Assembly (NCBI RefSeq): GCF_003334315.1
Contig: NZ_QOWR01000008.1
Reading direction: 5' to 3' (one strand)
Origin: Escherichia coli
GTDB lineage: Bacteria; Pseudomonadota; Gammaproteobacteria; Enterobacterales; Enterobacteriaceae
DNA: 64,000 nucleotides
Under the pieces are notes generated by a model, which had not been told where the DNA came from, ran no database searches, and saw only the letters and a list, made by a program, of their open reading frames with translations. Every line of letters starts with the position of its first letter. The first letter of the stretch is position 1. Both the position numbers and the translations under genes were made by a program. This document shows, one piece after another, positions 49,257-60,118 of this stretch.

Positions 49257-50207
49257 CTATATCTGATAATCAATTTCCTCTTCACTATTTTCCATCACCT
49301 GCCGCTTGATATCCTCAACTGAAAGCCCTGCATTACAAAGTTCCAGAAAGCGCCAGACATAGTTACGCTGAAGTTGTCCTCGCTTCAGTCCCAACCAGAC
49401 AGTATTAGCATCAAAAAGATGCCGCGTATCCAGGCGGATTAAATTCTTTTCCTCTTGTTCACCGCTGGATTGTTCGGCAACTATTCCGATCCCAAGCCCA
49501 AGAGCAACATAGGTTTTAATGACATCAGAATCCTGCGCACTTAATACAATATCTGCCAGCAAACCTTTGCGGGCAAATGCGTCATCAATACGTGAGCGCC
49601 CCGTAATCCCCTGTCGGTAAGTGATTAACGGCCACTTCGCTATTGATTCCAGCGTCAATGGTGTAATTTGCGTCAAGGGATGATCGAGTGGAACAAGCAA
49701 ACTATGGTGCCAACGAAACCACGGGAAGGCGACGAGCTGCGGGTCATTACTCAAACGCTCGCTGGCGATACCAATATCAGCTTCACCATTATGCAACAAC
49801 GTCGCAATTTCCTGTGGCGTCCCCTGGATTAGCTCGAGCCGAACCTCCGGGAAAAGTTCGCGAAAAGATTTAATGACCTCTGGCAAACTATAACGTGCCT
49901 GAGTATGCGTCGTTGCAATAGTGAGAACGCCAGACGTATCGTTGGTAAACAGGTCTGCAAGCCGACGAACATTACTGGCTTCATTCAGAATACGTTCTGC
50001 AATGACCAGTAATGCTTTGCCCGGTTCAGTCATGCCCAGCAGTCGCTTACCTCGTCGAACAAATATTTCGATGCCAAGTTCATCCTCCAGTTCCCGAATA
50101 TGACGGCTGACGCCGGACTGTGAGGTAAAAAGCATATTCGCAACCTCTGTCAGGTTGTAATCCTGACGTGCAGCCTCGCGGATTATCTTTAGTTGTTGGA
50201 AATTCAC
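49257..50207 (-). CDS. cbl: LysR-type regulator Cbl
   Basis: 316 aa, recognised sequence. Confidence 0.95.
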   Translation of the reverse strand: MNFQQLKIIREAARQDYNLTEVANMLFTSQSGVSRHIRELEDELGIEIFVRRGKRLLGMTEPGKALLVIAERILNEASNVRRLADLFTNDTSGVLTIATTHTQARYSLPEVIKSFRELFPEVRLELIQGTPQEIATLLHNGEADIGIASERLSNDPQLVAFPWFRWHHSLLVPLDHPLTQITPLTLESIAKWPLITYRQGITGRSRIDDAFARKGLLADIVLSAQDSDVIKTYVALGLGIGIVAEQSSGEQEEKNLIRLDTRHLFDANTVWLGLKRGQLQRNYVWRFLELCNAGLSVEDIKRQVMENSEEEIDYQI

Positions 50208-50308
50208 GGTAAACTCCGGGCAGTTCAGATTTTCCGTTATTGTTAAAGTCTAATGCCCGGCATAACAAATAATAAAAACCCGCATCTTATTCCATCCCGA
50301 TATAACGC

Positions 50309-51226
50309 TTAGCTCACCAATTGCCACTGCCTTTTTTCCATCACTGGAGAACTCATCACTGACATTAACAACTCTTTCACTGCCTGTGCCTGTGGTGATA
50401 AGTTCGCTCTGGCGGGTAAATTTAATGACAAAGAGAGACTCATGGAAGGTGTGGTAATGCGTGACATCCACCCGTTTACTGCGCCACATAACGAACGCGC
50501 GGCCGATTCGGGTAATACTGCAACGCCCATGCCGCTGGCAATCGCTGCGGTAAGCGTGGCAATAGACTCAATTTCACCAATGACTTTTGCCGTGAGTCGC
50601 CGTAGGGAAAAAGCCTCATCAACACGAAGTCTAACAGCACTGTAATCACTGGGAAGAAAGAGGTTCATTTGCGCAATAGCATTAACATCAACGCTTTGCC
50701 CCGGACAATCTTGAGTCCCTACCAGGAAAAGATCTTCTTTCAGTAAAGCCTGACTGGATACACCAGCCACAGGGGAATGCTCATAAATCACCGCCATATC
50801 GAGTTGGTGATTTATCAGTTTTTCGTTAAGCACTGCACCGCTATTTTCATGAAGATAGATAACGACCTCCGGGAATTCAGCGCGAACCGCCTGTAATAAG
50901 GGCATGGTGATGGATGACGCAGCGGTTCCTGGCGCAAAGCCAATCGAGACTTGCCCCGATAATGCCTGACCAACGTTATGCACCGCCAGTTGGGCCTGCT
51001 CACACTGACGTAAAATGGCCCGCGCATGGGTATAGAGAATTTTTCCGGCGTCAGTTGGCGTAACGCCCCGTTTTGTGCGAATCAAAAGTTGTTGATTAAA
51101 CTCACCTTCCAGTGTGGCAACCTGCTGGCTGAGCGCTGGTTGTGCGATATGCAATACTTCAGCAGCCTGGGTCAGGCTACCAATATCTACAATTTTTACG
51201 AAGTATTTCAGGCGTCTGAAGTTCAT
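50309..51226 (-). CDS. nac: LysR-type nitrogen assimilation control protein Nac
   Basis: 305 aa from MNFRRLKYFVKIV; ORF extends to 51256. Confidence 0.95.
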   Translation of the reverse strand: MNFRRLKYFVKIVDIGSLTQAAEVLHIAQPALSQQVATLEGEFNQQLLIRTKRGVTPTDAGKILYTHARAILRQCEQAQLAVHNVGQALSGQVSIGFAPGTAASSITMPLLQAVRAEFPEVVIYLHENSGAVLNEKLINHQLDMAVIYEHSPVAGVSSQALLKEDLFLVGTQDCPGQSVDVNAIAQMNLFLPSDYSAVRLRVDEAFSLRRLTAKVIGEIESIATLTAAIASGMGVAVLPESAARSLCGAVNGWMSRITTPSMSLSLSLNLPARANLSPQAQAVKELLMSVMSSPVMEKRQWQLVS

Positions 51227-51505
51227 GTTGCCTCCGGTTTTTAAGAGTCGGCCCAAGTGCCGCCATTACTTACAACCAGAATGCAAGATGCTTGCCAGTT
51301 CTATTTTGGCGTTGATGCGCAAGCTAACCAACTGTCAAATAAGAGATTATGATAGATTCGTCATTGGCTCTTTTTATCTGCAGTCGCATTCACCTGCCCT
51401 ATAAAAGGAGGGTATGCACCACGATGGTTCATTACCCAATAAGATTGAAAGCTCACCACTTTGTTGAAATTGGCAGCAAACAAACAAAAAAATGCATTTC
51501 ACCCT

Positions 51506-51534
51506 TTGACATCACCATGCACTGCCATTAATAT
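51506..51534 (+). promoter_or_regulatory. sigma70 promoter of asnV
   Basis: TTGACA, 17-bp spacer, TAATAT, GCGCC discriminator; same architecture as asnT promoter. Confidence 0.65.
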
Positions 51535-51552
51535 GCGCCCCGTTCACACGAT

Positions 51553-51628
51553 TCCTCTGTAGTTCAGTCGGTAGAACGGCGGACTGTTAATCCGTATGTC
51601 ACTGGTTCGAGTCCAGTCAGAGGAGCCA
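51553..51628 (+). tRNA. asnV: tRNA-Asn (GUU)
   Basis: identical to asnT sequence. Confidence 0.95.
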
Positions 51629-51683
51629 AATTCAAAAAAGCCTGCTTTCGAGCAGGCTTTTTACTTTCTAATTATCAACGCTC

Positions 51684-52616
51684 TTAAAACATCTGTCTTG
51701 AACCAGAACTAATTTGCACAGGCATTCCCGATCGACGTTGCAACGCAGCATTTGCGCGATTTACATCAACTTCTTGCCCGTTGATAAACGCCCGCAAAGA
51801 TGGGGTTACCGGCAATGGCACTTTTCGGTCAGACTCATATTCTGCACGATTGCGCGACAGCGGCTCATGAACTTCCAGCCACTTTGAACCATCCGGTTCC
51901 GTTGTGTATTTCACTGGCTGATCAATAATTTGTACACGAGTGCCTACAGGAACATTATCAAACAGATATTTGATATCGTCATTACGCAGACGAATACAGC
52001 CCTGACTTACACGGAGCCCAATACCAAAATTGGCATTGGTACCGTGGATGGCATACAACCTGCCAATATAAATCGCGTACAGCCCCATGGGGTTATCGGG
52101 CCCCGCAGGAACAAATGCGGGCAAACTCTCCCCTCGTTTCGCATATTCGCGCCGGGTGTTCGGCGTTGGCGTCCAGGTTGGTGCTTCTTGTTTACGTTCA
52201 ACGGTAGTCACCCAGTTACGCGGGGTTTCTCGCCCAGCCTGGCCGATACCAATAGGAAAGACTTCCACTGTATTACTGTCTGGCGGATAGTAATAAAGAC
52301 GCATTTCAGCGACGTTAACCACAATCCCTTTACGAACAGTGGCGGGCAAAATCAGTTGCTGCGGAATGGTGAGTTGTGAGCCAGGCTTCGGCAAAAAAAC
52401 ATCAGCGCCCGGATTCGCTTCCAGCATATTACTTAACCCTTGCCCGTATTGTGCGGCAAAAGTCTCCAGCGGCTGAGTATTGTGATCAGGAACAGTTACA
52501 GTAAGCGACTGCCCCACTAAACGGCTACCCTCTGGAGGTAATGGATAAGTTACCGCCAGGCTATTTTGGCTGGCAAAAAGCAGAGCAAATGAGCAAAAAA
52601 TATTTACACGACGCAT
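51684..52616 (-). CDS. ldtA: L,D-transpeptidase LdtA (ErfK)
   Basis: about 310 aa, YkuD catalytic motif SQGCIRL, signal peptide. Confidence 0.9.
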   Translation of the reverse strand: MRRVNIFCSFALLFASQNSLAVTYPLPPEGSRLVGQSLTVTVPDHNTQPLETFAAQYGQGLSNMLEANPGADVFLPKPGSQLTIPQQLILPATVRKGIVVNVAEMRLYYYPPDSNTVEVFPIGIGQAGRETPRNWVTTVERKQEAPTWTPTPNTRREYAKRGESLPAFVPAGPDNPMGLYAIYIGRLYAIHGTNANFGIGLRVSQGCIRLRNDDIKYLFDNVPVGTRVQIIDQPVKYTTEPDGSKWLEVHEPLSRNRAEYESDRKVPLPVTPSLRAFINGQEVDVNRANAALQRRSGMPVQISSGSRQMF

Positions 52617-52680
52617 CATGTCCCTTTCCTAAGTCGCGAAAGCTATCCGTTAAGTATAGCTTTTATCAGACTTTTCGTTT

Positions 52681-53760
52681 TTAACTGTTCAAATCAGAAG
52701 TCGTATTCCCCGGTAGAACAATATTACTGGCAGCAAGTTCGCCCATGTTGTTATATATCGCACAGGCAGCTTCGATGATGGGCATCGCCAGAGCTGCGCC
52801 ACTCCCCTCACCTAAACGCATCTCCATATTGAGATAAGGCTCCAGCCCCAAATGCGACAGCGCAATACGCGCCCCTTTTTCTGCCGACAGGTGAGAAGGA
52901 ATGAGATACGGTTTGATTGCAGGAGACATCTGGCAGGCTGCGAGCGCGGCAGCATAAGAAAGAAATCCATCCAGCAACACGGGTAAACCGCAGGAAGCAG
53001 CGCCTAACATCACGCCAGCCATTCCGACCAAATCAAATCCACCCACTTTTGCCAGGACATCAACGCCATCCTGCGGATTTGGTTGATTCAACGTAATCGC
53101 CCGGCGCACAACATCAATTTTATTAGCCAGTTTATCTGTCGGCAGGTTTGCGCCAATCCCAACCACTTCTTCAGGATCCCGGCCAGTGATTGTGCTGACT
53201 ATTGCCGCTGCCGGTGTCGTGTTTGCCATCCCCAGTTCACCTACACCAAACAGCGTGACACCGTTTTTTGCCAGCTCCCGCGTATAACATATGACGTCCA
53301 AAAGCAACTTTTCAGCCTGACGGCGACTCATTGCCGGAGCTGAAGCAATATTGCCGCTACCTCGTGCGACACGCATGTTGATAAGCCCGGGGATAGGCTC
53401 AGCACTATCAATACCAACATCAACTACGTGGACGTTAGCGCCCGCTTGTGCTGCCAGCACACACACGCCGGTTGTTCCGCGGGTCATATTTTCAGCCTGA
53501 ATGGCTGTCACTTCTTTTGGGGAAATAGCGACCCCTTCCTCCCAGACGCCGTGATCGGCACACATAACCAGTACCGCTTTTTTGCCCACATGCGGTATGC
53601 CATTCAACCCCGGCATTCCCGCCAGTTGTATGGCAAGCGCCTCCAGCCTTCCCAGGCTACCAACAGGTTTGAGTAACCCGTCAATATGCCGTTGTGCACG
53701 CGACATAGCGGCAGGATCGATAGCAGGGATCGTATTCAGTAAATCGGCAAGTGTTTGCAT
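52681..53760 (-). CDS. cobT: nicotinate-nucleotide--dimethylbenzimidazole phosphoribosyltransferase
   Basis: 359 aa. Confidence 0.95.
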   Translation of the reverse strand: MQTLADLLNTIPAIDPAAMSRAQRHIDGLLKPVGSLGRLEALAIQLAGMPGLNGIPHVGKKAVLVMCADHGVWEEGVAISPKEVTAIQAENMTRGTTGVCVLAAQAGANVHVVDVGIDSAEPIPGLINMRVARGSGNIASAPAMSRRQAEKLLLDVICYTRELAKNGVTLFGVGELGMANTTPAAAIVSTITGRDPEEVVGIGANLPTDKLANKIDVVRRAITLNQPNPQDGVDVLAKVGGFDLVGMAGVMLGAASCGLPVLLDGFLSYAAALAACQMSPAIKPYLIPSHLSAEKGARIALSHLGLEPYLNMEMRLGEGSGAALAMPIIEAACAIYNNMGELAASNIVLPGNTTSDLNS

Positions 53761-53771
53761 GTCACGTCTCT

Positions 53772-54515
53772 TTATAGCAGTGCCAGCAGGAAGACCAGTT
53801 CACCAAGCTCTATAGCAGCTCCCAGCGTATCGCCGGTTTGCCCGCCCAGCGTACGTTTGAGAAGCTGACCGAGGATGAAAATCGCCACCATCGTCACCAC
53901 CATAGCAGCCACACCATGCATACCCGGCAATAATACGGCAGCAAAAATAGCGGCTAAGCCGAGTGTGACGCAGGTTTGTCGCCCATCAATTTTGCCAATG
54001 AACACATTGCCAAGCCCTTCTTCCCGCGCATAACGATGACGATACATCAATAATGCGGCAGTCCCGCGGCTGACCGCACATGCTGCCGCCAGCGATGCAA
54101 GGATCGGTTCGCCACGCAGAGCCAACTCGCTTAATACCAGAATCTTTGCCAGTACAACAAAAATCAATGCCAGACCGCCATGGGTGCCTAAACGGCTATC
54201 ACGCATGATTTCCAACATGCGATCGCGGCTACGTGCAGAAAATACGCCATCACAGGTATCGGCGAGGCCGTCCAGGTGGAATCCCCCGGTCATCAGCGCC
54301 AGCACAAGTACGCTAAACAGTGCCGCCAGTGGTACGCCACACCATGCCTGCAGCACCATGAAGACCAGCCCGCTAATCGCGCCAAGCAATAATCCAATTA
54401 AAGGAAAAGTAATAATACCGCGAGAATAATGCTCGAAATCCAGTCCCTGGGACCAGCGACGCGGTACAGGCAGACGCGTAATAAATGAGAGCATCGCCCA
54501 AAATAATTTACTCAT
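53772..54515 (-). CDS. cobS: cobalamin-5'-phosphate synthase
   Basis: 247 aa from [14 protein letters not shown] extends to 54551. Confidence 0.9.
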
Positions 54516-55057
54516 TTGATTTTTACTCCAATACCCGAAACCACCAGCCATACTTCATTTGCCGCAGCGGCCAACTGCTGATTTACCCGCCCGGCAATAT
54601 CACGAAAATGTCGTGCCAGACGACTCTCCGGCACAATCCCCATTCCCACTTCGTTAGTCACTAATACAACCTTTGCGGGGCAACGTTGGCAGGCAGCAAT
54701 CAACGACTGAATCTCAGCATTAATCGCCTGTTCCATCGCCTGATAATCCCATTCATCAGGGTCTTTATCGCCGCCATAATCAAACAACAGATTAGTCACC
54801 ATTGTGGTAACGCATTCCAGCAACACAACCTCATTCGGGTTAATGTCTGCATGAATTAATTCATCAAGATGTTGCCAGCGCTCCACTGTGCGCCAGTGCT
54901 CCGGGCGGCCTTGCCGATGATGTTCTATCCGTGCAGCCATCTCATCATCAAGGATTTGCGAGGTAGCGATATACAGAACCTGTGAAGAGTCCCCAATAAG
55001 CGCCTCTGCGTGGCGACTCTTCCCGCTCCGTGCGCCCCCCGTCACCAAAATCATCAT
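54512..55057 (-). CDS. cobU: adenosylcobinamide kinase / guanylyltransferase
   Basis: 181 aa, P-loop GGARSGKS. Confidence 0.95.
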
Positions 55058-56539
55058 ACCGACTCCTGATTCAAATGTATGATGGTATTCATTGAACAGA
55101 ACAATGGATCCCCCACCGTTGCTGACCGCAAAACATTTACGCGATTAATACTGCGCGTAATATAATTAAAAATCCAGCATTCTCAATCCATTACGAAATA
55201 AGATGGCATTACGGAATAGCCAGACTTTCTCGTGTTAACGTCCGACAAAATGTGTCATTGACAGCGGTTTCTGTGGATTGACACATTTCATTCAGATAAT
55301 GAATTAATGCTACTGCCGGACCAACCAGCAAACGGGCATTGTGTTCTGAAATCCAGGCTATTGATTCAACGTCAGCAACAGATCTGCGCTGTAAAAGAAC
55401 TTGTAAAACAACGCAATAGAATTATCCGGAATGGTGGCGACTATGCACTAGAACACCACAATTTCGCTCTCTCGGTAAGGCACTGTCACAGCATTCAACA
55501 GAATGTGACTTGCCAGATTTATTAGCGCCACCAGATGTTTAACCGGGTAACCACGACCCAGTCGGGGATATATTCCATCTTCTCGCTGACATCATCAAGA
55601 ATAAAAAGGTTTATCACACTCAGAGCAACGTTCTTCAGCAGGCGGGATAATTCTTCAACATTTAGAAGATGTGTTATTAAAGGCATACAAACTGGACGTA
55701 TTGTATTTTCTTTTGGTGGTTGACCTAAGGTAGCAGTTTATCCTGATGCGCTGAGATTTCTGTAATATCTACGTCAACATTCTCCTCGAATAGAAAATGC
55801 AGCCCCGGCAAGTGATTCACATTTTTTAACAAAACGTTGTTAGCGTGCCATTTTCAGAAGCTCTCCAAGAAAGCGAATTCTTTTCTCAAATTCTGCATTC
55901 TCAGACACAGCTTTCTACTCCATGGCAATGGCCCAAATACGAAGTTGCTCAGGATCATTAGTGGTGCTGAGAAGTTAAATAACCATGCGGAGTACCACTC
56001 GTCATCACGTATTTATATATCATGAAGCTATTGTTGTGTTTTGTACATCAGTAGATGTATTCTGATATACTCCTTTTGCTAGACATAACCTTTCACCTGC
56101 TTGCAAAGCTTCTGTGTTCTGACATTGCCAAATTGTTGCAATTCTGTATCCAGCCTTCTTTCAGTCATAGCTTCGGGCCGCGATAAGACTCACTGATCTG
56201 ACCCTGATTCCTCTTGCAGACTTTATAGACCAATTAAAATGCAGTTTCTGCAGGTCAACGTCTGACCATCATTGTCATCACTCTGGCCATTAGAGTAACC
56301 TTCTGCATTCATCCTTTTGTAAAAAGTTTATAGACTGGCCCCCTGAATCTCCAGACAACCAATATCACTTAAATAAGTGATAGTCCTGATACAAGTTTTT
56401 AGAGTAGTCATTAGTGAACAGATAATTGTTAACTTAGAACCAGTAAAATGCAAACGACGCACCACGCTGGGAAAATCGCTGCTATTCAGCAGAGTTTTGT
56501 ACCGAGAATTGTGGCCAGCCACTTATTGCTCTCGCGTAA

Positions 56540-56999
56540 GCAGGTATCCCCATCGTTTACCAGTCCAGCACATCTTGTGGTCAGGCAGAAGAAGAGCAAA
56601 CTGTTACTGGACTCACTGCATGCATGGTGGAGAAAAATGCCACGCTATCCAAAAATCCAGACTGGGAGAATGGTTCAGCTGTGTACTGAATCAGTGGGGC
56701 GCACTCTGTTATTACAGTGTTGACGGTCAGGCGGAGGCAGACATAATGCCGCGGAAAAAGCCCTTTGTGCCATCTGTCTCGGAAATAAAAACTTTATGTT
56801 CTTCGGCGGCGAGCGCAGTGCACTGTTGTATGGGCTTATCGGCACTTGCCTTCTGAACGACATTGATCCGGAAGCGTATCTGCGCCATATCCTGAGCGTA
56901 CTGCCGGAATAACCTTCCAACCGTATTGATGAACTCCTGCCATGGAACGTAGTTCTCACCAATAAATAAGCATCAATATGATTCTCCATTAACGCTTAC
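56540..56999 (+). pseudogene. IS66-family transposase (TnpC-like) 3' remnant with terminal inverted repeat
   Basis: shifted frames encode ...FGGERSALLYGLIGTCLLNDIDPEAYLRHILSVLPE... and ...ELLPWNVVLTNK*, typical IS66 TnpC C-terminus; downstream TGATTCTCCATTAACGCTTAC looks like IS66 IR; left boundary uncertain. Confidence 0.55.
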
Positions 57000-57107
57000 C
57001 TTTTCTCAGGCTATTTTTGCTTTTTTTTGCTTTTCCCCGCCACTTTATGGTGATTATCACATCAATATACATCGATAGATATTAACGTAACTGAAGTGAG
57101 GTGAAGC

Positions 57108-58322
57108 ATGAAATTTGAACGCCATCATGAAATATTGAAACGACTCAGTAAATTCGGTTCTGTAAAAGTATCCGATCTGTCCAATAGCCTCAATGTAACG
57201 AAAGAAACTATTCGTTCAGATCTTAATGAACTTGCCAGGCTTGGCTATCTGACTCGATGTCATGGCGGTGCTTTTATCGTCCTAGACTCGCTTGATACTA
57301 TTGCGAAAAATGAAATCGCTTATGCGCTTGAAAATTATGATACAGCCCAGGGAATAAAAAAAGGCCACTCAACTATGAAAAGTCAAGTATGCGTTATTGG
57401 TTCGTTTAATGTTGATATCATCAGTTATTTGCCGAGGCTTCCCACTATCGGAGAATCGCTTCTGGCAAGTAATTTTATATTTTCACCGGGGGGAAAAGGC
57501 TGTAACCAGGCGCTGGCAGCAAGCTTTGCCGATACTGATGTTTATTTCATAACAAAAGTAGGTACAGATCACTTTAGTGATTATGCGATCAACTTTATGA
57601 ATTCGTCTAAGATTTATAAAAGTATAATTTATCAAACGAAAGAAACGCAAACCGGAACTGCCACGATCCTTGTTAATGAAGGTACTGGCGATAATGTTAT
57701 TGCGATCTATCCCGGTGCCAACATGACAATGTCGTCCGATGAAATAACTATTCAGAAAGAAGCGATTATTAATTCTGATGTCATACTTCTGCAGCTCGAA
57801 ACAAATTATACCGCTCTGCAACAAGCGATCACATTGGCGCAAAAAAACAGTATCCCGGTCATTATTAACCCGGCACCCTATAATGATATCGTCAACGAAC
57901 TTATTCAGGATGTTGATTATATCACCCCCAATGAAACAGAAGCTGGTTTACTGTCCGGCATAGACGTACACGATCTTGAATCAGCTAAACGAGCTGCAGA
58001 AGCTATCCACAATAAAGGGGTAAAAAACACGGTTATCACGCTCGGTAGCAAGGGCTCGCTCGCATTTGATGGCAAAAAATTCATTCATTCGCCAGCGTTT
58101 CCAGCGGTCGTTAAAAATACGGCAGGAGCCGGGGATGCGTTTAACGGCTCTCTGGCATCAGGACTTGCGAAAGGAAAATCACTGGAATCAGCACTGTGTT
58201 ATGCCAGCGCCTTTGCATCCCTAGCGGTGGAGACAAGCAATGCTTCCGACATGCCTGAACATGAATCTGTGATACATCGAATTCAGAGTATACATTATCA
58301 GCAAACTATTTTTACGCATTAA
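57108..58322 (+). CDS. fusion protein: N-terminal DeoR-type HTH plus PfkB-family (ribokinase-like) sugar kinase
   Basis: N-terminus HEILKRLSKFGSVKVSDLSNSLNVTKETIRSDLNEL (DeoR HTH); kinase motifs SPGGKGCNQALAA and NTAGAGDAFNG; low GC. Confidence 0.7.
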   Translation: MKFERHHEILKRLSKFGSVKVSDLSNSLNVTKETIRSDLNELARLGYLTRCHGGAFIVLDSLDTIAKNEIAYALENYDTAQGIKKGHSTMKSQVCVIGSFNVDIISYLPRLPTIGESLLASNFIFSPGGKGCNQALAASFADTDVYFITKVGTDHFSDYAINFMNSSKIYKSIIYQTKETQTGTATILVNEGTGDNVIAIYPGANMTMSSDEITIQKEAIINSDVILLQLETNYTALQQAITLAQKNSIPVIINPAPYNDIVNELIQDVDYITPNETEAGLLSGIDVHDLESAKRAAEAIHNKGVKNTVITLGSKGSLAFDGKKFIHSPAFPAVVKNTAGAGDAFNGSLASGLAKGKSLESALCYASAFASLAVETSNASDMPEHESVIHRIQSIHYQQTIFTH

Positions 58323-58335
58323 GAAGGGACAGAGA

Positions 58336-59094
58336 ATGAATAACACCAAAAAATCACTAAAAGTGCTCTTTATTGGGGAATCCTGGCATATTCATATGAT
58401 TCATTCAAAAGGATATGACAGTTTTACCTCAAGTAAATATGAAGAAGGTGCGACCTGGTTACTCCAGTGTCTGAAAAATAGTCAGGTAGATGTCACCTAT
58501 ATGCCAGCACATACGGTACAAATTGCCTTCCCTGAAGATGTGGCACAGTTAGAACAATATGATGCCATCGTTATTAGTGATATTGGTAGTAATACTTTCC
58601 TGCTACAAAATGATACTTTTTATCAGCTTCGCATAAAACCAAACGCTCTCGAACTGATTAAAGAATATGTGAATAACGGTGGTGGGTTATTGATGATTGG
58701 CGGCTATCTCTCATTCATGGGAATTGAAGCAAAAGCCAATTATAAAAATACAGTTCTGGCTGATGTGCTCCCGGTTACGATGTTAGATGGTGACGATCGT
58801 GTCGAAAAACCAGAGGGTGTTATTGCACAGCCATCACAACCTGAACATCCAGTTATTAAAGGGTTCTCTGAATATCCTTTTTTCCTAGGTTATAACCGGG
58901 CGATCGCTAAAGAAAATGCTGAGGTGGTATTAACAATAAACAACGCTCCATTACTGGTCTTTGGTAACTATCACAACGGGAAAATAGCCTGCTTTATGAG
59001 TGACTGTTCACCGCACTGGGGTACACAGCAGTTTATGTCCTGGCCGTTCTATACCGCGTTGTGGGTAAATATACTGACTCATATTGCAAGATAA
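58336..59094 (+). CDS. hypothetical cytoplasmic protein, possibly ThuA/class-I glutamine-amidotransferase-like fold
   Basis: 252-aa ORF 14 bp after kinase gene on same strand; fold assignment is a weak impression only. Confidence 0.5.
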   Translation: MNNTKKSLKVLFIGESWHIHMIHSKGYDSFTSSKYEEGATWLLQCLKNSQVDVTYMPAHTVQIAFPEDVAQLEQYDAIVISDIGSNTFLLQNDTFYQLRIKPNALELIKEYVNNGGGLLMIGGYLSFMGIEAKANYKNTVLADVLPVTMLDGDDRVEKPEGVIAQPSQPEHPVIKGFSEYPFFLGYNRAIAKENAEVVLTINNAPLLVFGNYHNGKIACFMSDCSPHWGTQQFMSWPFYTALWVNILTHIAR

Positions 59095-59150
59095 TAATAA
59101 TAATGAGGTAACTCCAGTTACTCCATTTACTATAATAGAAGGATTGATGT

Positions 59151-60116
59151 ATGAAAAAGAATAAGTACTCAACTCCCTTATGGATGCTTGCCACGATTCT
59201 TGCGGGTATGCTCTCCCCTATGCAATCAGCGGTGAATGGTCAATTAGGTCACTGGTTACAGGATGGTAATGCATGCGCAGTTATCTCCTTTGCCAGTGGT
59301 TTAGTCGTGATGTTTTTTATTATTATGGCGCGAAAAGAAACCCGGCAACAATTTGCGGCAATTCCTTCTCTGATTAAAAACCGAAAAGTTTCTCTCTGGA
59401 ACTGGTTTGCCGGTCTCTGTGGAGCGATGGTGGTATTTTCTGAAGGCGCATCAGCCAGCGCACTCGGGGTCGCAACGTTTCAAACCGCACTGATCTCCGC
59501 GCTATTGCTGTCTGGTTTACTTTGCGATCGCTTTGGTATCGGTGTCGACGAGAAAAAATACTTTACCCCTTATCGCATCATCGGTGCATTATTTGCGGTT
59601 ATTGCTACGATTTTTGTTGTGTCACCTCAGTGGCATTCTACCTCTTTCATCTTACTTGCCATTCTTCCGTTCTTAGCTGGTTTGCTTGCAGGATGGCAGC
59701 CCGCTGGAAATGCAAAAGTAGCTGAAGCTACGGGATCCATGCTGGTTTCAATCACCTAGAATTTCATCGTTGGATTTTGTGTTTTAGGCACAGCGCTAGC
59801 TATTCGTGTCGCATTAGGGCACGTCACTGTTCAATTACCAGATGTCTGGTGGATGTATCTTGGCGGCCCGCTTGGACTAATGTCTATCGGTTTAATGGCC
59901 ATTTTGGTCAGAGGTCTGGGGTTACTGATGCTGGGGGTTGCTTCAACGGCGGGCCAGTTACTGGGATCAGTATTGATTGACGTATTAATTCCATCGCTGG
60001 GCAATAGCGTTTATCTGGTCACGATCATCGGAACACTGTTTGCACTGGTCGGTGCAATTGTTACCACTATTCCGGAATACAGAACCTCGAAAACAATGAA
60101 GAAAATGGAGGTATAA
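59151..60116 (+). pseudogene. YdcZ/DUF606-like DMT-superfamily inner membrane protein interrupted by in-frame TAG
   Basis: ORFs 59151..59759 and 59853..60116 share one frame; the 31 codons between them have no other stop; both halves hydrophobic; N-terminus SPMQSAVNGQLGHWL resembles YdcZ. Confidence 0.55.
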
Positions 60117-60118
60117 TC

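Noticed and set aside
51930-52379. 149-aa plus-strand ORF
   Set aside because: Antisense to ldtA
56377-56856. 159-aa plus-strand ORF
   Set aside because: Falls within the decayed IS66-family remnant; translation matches the transposase only in patches across frames
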